This document shows, one piece after another, positions 23,569 through 27,608 of a stretch of 27,608 nt of DNA (within the stretch, counting starts at the first letter, position 1; each line of letters starts with the position of its first letter). Location: positions 1 through 27,608 of the IMG/VR virus record IMGVR_UViG_3300010376_000110, one strand, 5' to 3'. The notes below the pieces were generated by a model, which ran no database searches, was not told the origin of the DNA, and was given only the letters and a program-made list of their open reading frames with translations. The DNA is from a virus (taxonomy: Duplodnaviria > Caudoviricetes). The position numbers were made by a program, and so were the translations under genes.

Positions 23569-24005
23569 ATCGGCAGCACGGTTCTCACGGCCAGATCAAG
23601 ATGGACCCGACCGGCGGCGCCACGACGGCGCTGATCGCGTCGATGAACGCGTGGACGCTGAACATGGCGCGCGATCGCGCCGACGTCACCGCGTTCGGCG
23701 ACACGAACAAGATCTACGTGCAGGGTCTGCCGGACTACAAAGGCACGATCGGCGGTTGGTTCGATACCGACGAACTGAGCGTATTCGAAGCGGCAATGGG
23801 CAACGTCGCCGTGGCGCTCGAACTGATCCCCACGAGTCTGATGCCGACGATCTTCTGGCAAGGCCTCGCCTGGCTCGACGCCGCGATCGACGTCAAGTCG
23901 ACGGGCGCGGTGGCGGTCACCGGCAACTGGACCGCGGCCGGCAACTGGACGTTCGCGTCGACGTTGCGGGCGGCGACGGAACCGCCGCTGCAGAAGGCCG
24001 CGTAA
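23565..24005 (+). CDS. Major tail tube protein
   Basis: AAAGGAG RBS; HG..G.I; W.L....D..DVTAFGD..K.YV.GL.D..G...G.FD; beta-rich. Confidence 0.85.
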   Translation: MNRQHGSHGQIKMDPTGGATTALIASMNAWTLNMARDRADVTAFGDTNKIYVQGLPDYKGTIGGWFDTDELSVFEAAMGNVAVALELIPTSLMPTIFWQGLAWLDAAIDVKSTGAVAVTGNWTAAGNWTFASTLRAATEPPLQKAA

Positions 24006-24012
24006 ATCGTCC

Positions 24013-24390
24013 GTGCCGCAGCGCAGCGAGCTCCACGCCAGCGGCACCCGCGGCCGGATCATGTGGCATCACTACACGGCCGCGGATGTCTGCACCTTCA
24101 CGGTCCATCGCGATAAGCAGCTGCGGTGGACCGTGAGCGCGGCGATCGCGAACGGCGATGACTTCAAGCTGGCGCAGTCGCCGCTCGTCCTGGTCGTGCC
24201 GACGAAGTTCGGCGCCTGGCACTGGCCGATCGTCTCGGCGCAACGGCAGGGTGCGTATCTGCTCGCGCAGCTCGGGATGCCGACACGCGATCGCGCGGGG
24301 AAGCTCGAGGCGCCGGCGCCGGCGCCGACGCCGGCCGGCATTTATGACGCCTACGGTCAGGCGTATCGCCAGTACCGCGGCGTGTTCTAA
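24013..24390 (+). CDS. Hypothetical tail-region protein (125 aa)
   Basis: Fills the gap between tail tube and chaperone; protein-like beta-rich sequence; start uncertain. Confidence 0.6.
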   Translation: MPQRSELHASGTRGRIMWHHYTAADVCTFTVHRDKQLRWTVSAAIANGDDFKLAQSPLVLVVPTKFGAWHWPIVSAQRQGAYLLAQLGMPTRDRAGKLEAPAPAPTPAGIYDAYGQAYRQYRGVF

Positions 24391-24403
24391 AAGAGGAGTT
24401 GAC

Positions 24404-24799
24404 ATGGGTCGGTGTCCCTTCGTGCAGGGTCGCGTCGTGCGGATTCCGCTGCCGGGCGACGAATGGCTGGACGTCAAGGCGGAATTGAACGCCGGCGAGC
24501 AGCGCGAGATGTTCGCGTCGATGCGGCGCGCCGTCGACAACCGATCGGAGCTGGATCCGACGCTGATCGTGCGCGCGCGGATGACGGCGTACATTCTCGG
24601 CTGGTCGTTCACGATGCCGAACGGCGAGCCAGCGCCCGTTACGCCGGCGGCGTTCGACAACCTCGATCTGGAAACCTCGAGCGAGATCCGTGACGCGATC
24701 GATGCGCATGAAGCCGTGGGGGAGCGGGAGCGGCGCGATCGAAAAAACTCCCGGGATGGCGTGACCAAATCAGGTCCGACCTCGCCATCTGCCGGGTAA
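24404..24799 (+). CDS. Tail assembly chaperone (lambda gpG-like; 131 aa)
   Basis: AGAGGAG RBS before ATG 24404; WL.VK.EL..GE; ILGWS......P.P.T.....NLD; position before tape measure. Confidence 0.85.
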   Translation: MGRCPFVQGRVVRIPLPGDEWLDVKAELNAGEQREMFASMRRAVDNRSELDPTLIVRARMTAYILGWSFTMPNGEPAPVTPAAFDNLDLETSSEIRDAIDAHEAVGERERRDRKNSRDGVTKSGPTSPSAG

Positions 24800-24897
24800 T
24801 GCACTGGACCTACGCGGAGCTGCTGGCGCTGCCGCCCGAGATCTATTCCGAGCTCGTGGCGTGGCTGAACCATCTTGAGCACGCGGACGATCAATGA
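24404..24897 (+). CDS. Tail assembly chaperone -1 frameshift product (gpGT-like, about 164 aa)
   Basis: In-frame slippery heptamer A AAA AAC at 24742-24748; -1 frame reads LPGWRDQIRSDLAICRVMHWTYAELLALPPEIYSELVAWLNHLEHADDQ to TGA 24895-24897, overlapping the tape-measure ATG. Confidence 0.8.
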
Positions 24898-27608
24898 GCG
24901 TTACCGCGAAATTCGCTGCCGACTTTTCGACGTTCACCGATGCGGTGAATAAGGCCGACGTCGCGCTCGCCGATTTTTCGAAGGGCGCGGAGGACGTCGA
25001 AACCAAGCTGAATCGGATGGTCGACAACTTCAGCGGCCGGCAGCTGATTCAGCAGGCCACGCTGATGGCGGAAGCCGTCGAGCAAGTCGGCGGCGCGTCC
25101 ACGCTCACCGAACAGCAGCTCACCAGCCTCGGCAACAAGGCACAAGAGGCCGTCGCGAAAATGCAGAAACTCGGGCTGGACGTGCCCGAGAACTTGCAAA
25201 AGCTCGCCGACGCCGCGGCCGCCGCGAGTAACAAGGAAGACGGCCTCGGCAGCAGCTTTGTAACCGCCGCGCAAAACATGACCGCGGCCATCGTCAGCGG
25301 CCAGCTGATTGTCGACCTCCTCGAAAAGATCGCCTCGACGGCGCTGAGCGCCGCGGAAGCGCTCCCGCAGATCGTCATGGCGGGCGCGAAGTTCGGCGAC
25401 ATCCAAGAGGCATTCTCACATCTGACCGAGGGCGCCGGGCTGCTCGCCGACACGCTGATCGGCCGGCTGCGCGACGGCGTACACGGCACCGTCAGCGACA
25501 TGGATCTGATGGCGCAGGTCAATCAGACGCTGACCGCCGGCGTGAAGCTGACGGGCGATCAGTTCGGGTTGCTGTCGGACGGGGCGTACGCCCTCGCGAA
25601 GGCGACTGGCAAAGACACGGCCGAGGCCTTTAACGCGCTGACGGATGCCATGACGACGGGTCGCGTCCGCGGCATTCAAGAGCTGACCGGCAAGATCGAT
25701 CTGACCGCCGCGGAGGATCGCTATGCGGCCACGCTCGACAAATCGCGCGACGAACTGACGCAGCAGCAGAAGACGTACGCGGACCAACAGACCGTCCTGG
25801 CGGCCGTCCAGGCCGGCCTCGGCCGGCTCGGTGAGCAGACCGAAAACCTCGACGATCATGTGGAGCAAGCGCGCGTTGCCTGGCAGAACTTCACAAACGA
25901 TCTCGGTAAGGCGATCGCCCAGTCGCCGGTGCTCGAGGCGGGCTACCAGGCCATCGCGAAAGCACTGGCCGATGCCTTCGGCGGCTCGCAGCAGAATCTG
26001 ATCAAGGCGGTCACCACACTGATCGAACAGGGTGCGATCAAGATTCTGGATCTCGGAGACGCGACGATCACGACCGGCGGCGTCATCGCGAAGGAATGGG
26101 AAGCGGCGAAGGTCGTCTTTGGCGACGTCGCCCAAGCGATCGATTACGTGACGCTCGCGCAGCTGAAGGCCGAACGCGCCGGGACATGGATCAACTCGCT
26201 GATCGATCCCTCGAGCGAAGCGACCGCCAAGCTGGCGGACCTCGACAAGCAGATCGCGCAAGTCAACGACTCGATCGACGCGCGTGGCAAGTCGCTGCAG
26301 GACGCGAAAGCCGCGGAGGATGCGGTCGATCAGACGACCGCGAAGTATCACACCACGCTCGATGGTATCCGCCAGGCGATGGTCGACGCCGCGGCCGCGG
26401 AAAACGACGGCGCGGACGCCGCGAAGAAACACGGCGATGCGCTGAAGGGTGTCGGCGCCGCGACCGATGACGTGATCGTGCTGAGCGCGAAGCAGCGCGC
26501 GGAGCTGGAGAAACAGAAGCAGGCCTGGCAGGACCTGATGACCGTCGGTACCAGCTACCAGGACACGCTGGCGCAGATGAATCAGGGCACGCGCACCGTG
26601 ATCGAAGCGCTGCTCGCGCAAGGCGCGTCGATGCAGAGCATCGCGACGATCTTCGGGCTGACGGCCAGTCAGGTGAAGGCGTTCACCGACGAGCTGAAAG
26701 ACAACAATGCGGAGATCGTCCTCTCGCAAAAGAACGCCCAGAAAACCGCGGAGATCTGGAATCAGTACTTCGAGTCGATCGGCAGCACGGGCCAGACCGC
26801 GTACGACAAGCTGATCGCCGCGGCCGATAAGTGGCGCAACGACCAGTACGCGAAGTTTCAGGGATCCGAGGACGATTGGAAGGCGTTCATCGACGCCGTG
26901 GAATCCCGCTATCAGCAGATGGTCACGAACGCCGGCGTCAATCAGGCCACGCTGTCGAAGAACCTGCAGTCCAATCTTCAGCAGACCCTGACGATCGAGC
27001 AGAACACGCTCGACGTGATGCAAGCCAACTGGTGGAAGTACTCACAGGCGGCGATCGACGCGCAACAAGCCGTCGTCGACGCCGCGCGCCACGCGCTCGA
27101 CACCGCCTCAGACGATCTGACTCAATACGTGGGCAAAGCCGTTGAAACGCTCGACCAAATGCGCTCCGACGCCGAAGCGGTCATGTCACTCACGATTCCC
27201 GGCGGAAAACCGGGCAGCGCGCAGGAGCAGGCGGATCTCGCCAAGGTGATGGCGCAAGTGTCGCAGTCGAACCTCGGCCAGGCGGTCGCACACGGCTCCG
27301 CGTCGATCGCGATGCAAAACCAGTATCAGCAAATGATCGACGACGCCATGGCCGCGCTCGGCTATCAGGCGAATGCGATCGGCACGCTGCCGGGCCGCGC
27401 GACGGGCGGTCCCGTCGAACAAGGGCAGCCGTACATCGTCGGTGAGGAAGGCCCGGAATTGTACGTGCCGAATCAGAGCGGCACGATTCTGCCGAACGGC
27501 GTCCGCATCAACATCAACGGCAGTGTCCTCAGCGACGAACAGAAGATCGCGAAAGCGGTCGGGGGTGCGCTCATTGCCGCGCTGAAATCGCAAGGCGTGA
27601 GGTTGAAC
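24894..27608 (+). CDS. Tail tape measure protein (at least 905 aa, 3'-truncated; absent from ORF track)
   Basis: Starts MSVTAKFAADFSTFTDAV; Ala/Gln/Thr-rich helical sequence; C-terminal GRATGGPV..GQPYIVGEEGPELYVP..SG.ILPN; first and last codons share a frame, though I did not check every internal codon. Confidence 0.93.
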   Translation, partial: MSVTAKFAADFSTFTDAVNKADVALADFSKGAEDVETKLNRMVDNFSGRQLIQQATLMAEAVEQVGGASTLTEQQLTSLGNKAQEAVAKMQKLGLDVPENLQKLADAAAAASNKEDGLGSSFVTAAQNMTAAIVSGQLIVDLLEKIASTALSAAEALPQIVMAGAKFGDIQEAFSHLTEGAGLLADTLIGRLRDGVHGTVSDMDLMAQVNQTLTAGVKLTGDQFGLLSDGAYALAKATGKDTAEAFNALTDAMTTGRVRGIQELTGKIDLTAAEDRYAATLDKSRDELTQQQKTYADQQTVLAAVQAGLGRLGEQTENLDDHVEQARVAWQNFTNDLGKAIAQSPVLEAGYQAIAKALADAFGGSQQNLIKAVTTLIEQGAIKILDLGDATITTGGVIAKEWEAAKVVFGDVAQAIDYVTLAQLKAERAGTWINSLIDPSSEATAKLADLDKQIAQVNDSIDARGKSLQDAKAAEDAVDQTTAKYHTTLDGIRQAMVDAAAAENDGADAAKKHGDALKGVGAATDDVIVLSAKQRAELEKQKQAWQDLMTVGTSYQDTLAQMNQGTRTVIEALLAQGASMQSIATIFGLTASQVKAFTDELKDNNAEIVLSQKNAQKTAEIWNQYFESIGSTGQTAYDKLIAAADKWRNDQYAKFQGSEDDWKAFIDAVESRYQQMVTNAGVNQATLSKNLQSNLQQTLTIEQNTLDVMQANWWKYSQAAIDAQQAVVDAARHALDTASDDLTQYVGKAVETLDQMRSDAEAVMSLTIPGGKPGSAQEQADLAKVMAQVSQSNLGQAVAHGSASIAMQNQYQQMIDDAMAALGYQANAIGTLPGRATGGPVEQGQPYIVGEEGPELYVPNQSGTILPNGVRININGSVLSDEQKIAKAVGGALIAALKSQGVRLN

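Larger units (their letters stand above)
1..27608. mobile_element. Part of a siphovirus-like phage or prophage genome (replication, packaging, head and tail modules)
   Basis: Syntenic HNH, terS, terL, portal, protease, capsid, head-tail, tail tube, chaperone and tape measure genes; dense ATGA/GTGA/TGATG gene overlaps; no host housekeeping genes seen. Confidence 0.97.

Noticed and set aside
25416-27023. 535-aa minus-strand ORF and other minus-strand ORFs over the tail region
   Set aside because: Antisense shadows of the tape-measure gene

Overview
A 27.6-kb, very GC-rich segment of a tailed dsDNA (pro)phage with HK97-type head genes and a long non-contractile (siphovirus-like) tail. From left to right: the 3' part of a replication/early-middle operon (initiator-like gene truncated at the window edge, helicase loader/inhibitor-like gene, Hjc-type resolvase, J-domain protein); a block of unknown genes in the position where lysis genes often sit; a packaging-type HNH endonuclease and a cos-like site; a four-gene ParB-like / IbrA-type PP-loop (PAPS-reductase family) / IbrB-type ParB-Srx / cupin module that looks like an uncharacterised DNA-modification system; a leftward operon of seven small genes with its own terminator and a repeated operator-like motif; then terS, terL, an RHH gene, portal, S49 protease, major capsid, head-tail joining genes, tail tube, a tail chaperone with a -1 frameshift site, and a tape-measure gene running off the right edge. 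I saw no integrase, recognisable holin/endolysin, tRNA, rRNA or CRISPR array. All family calls come from reading motifs by eye, with no database search.
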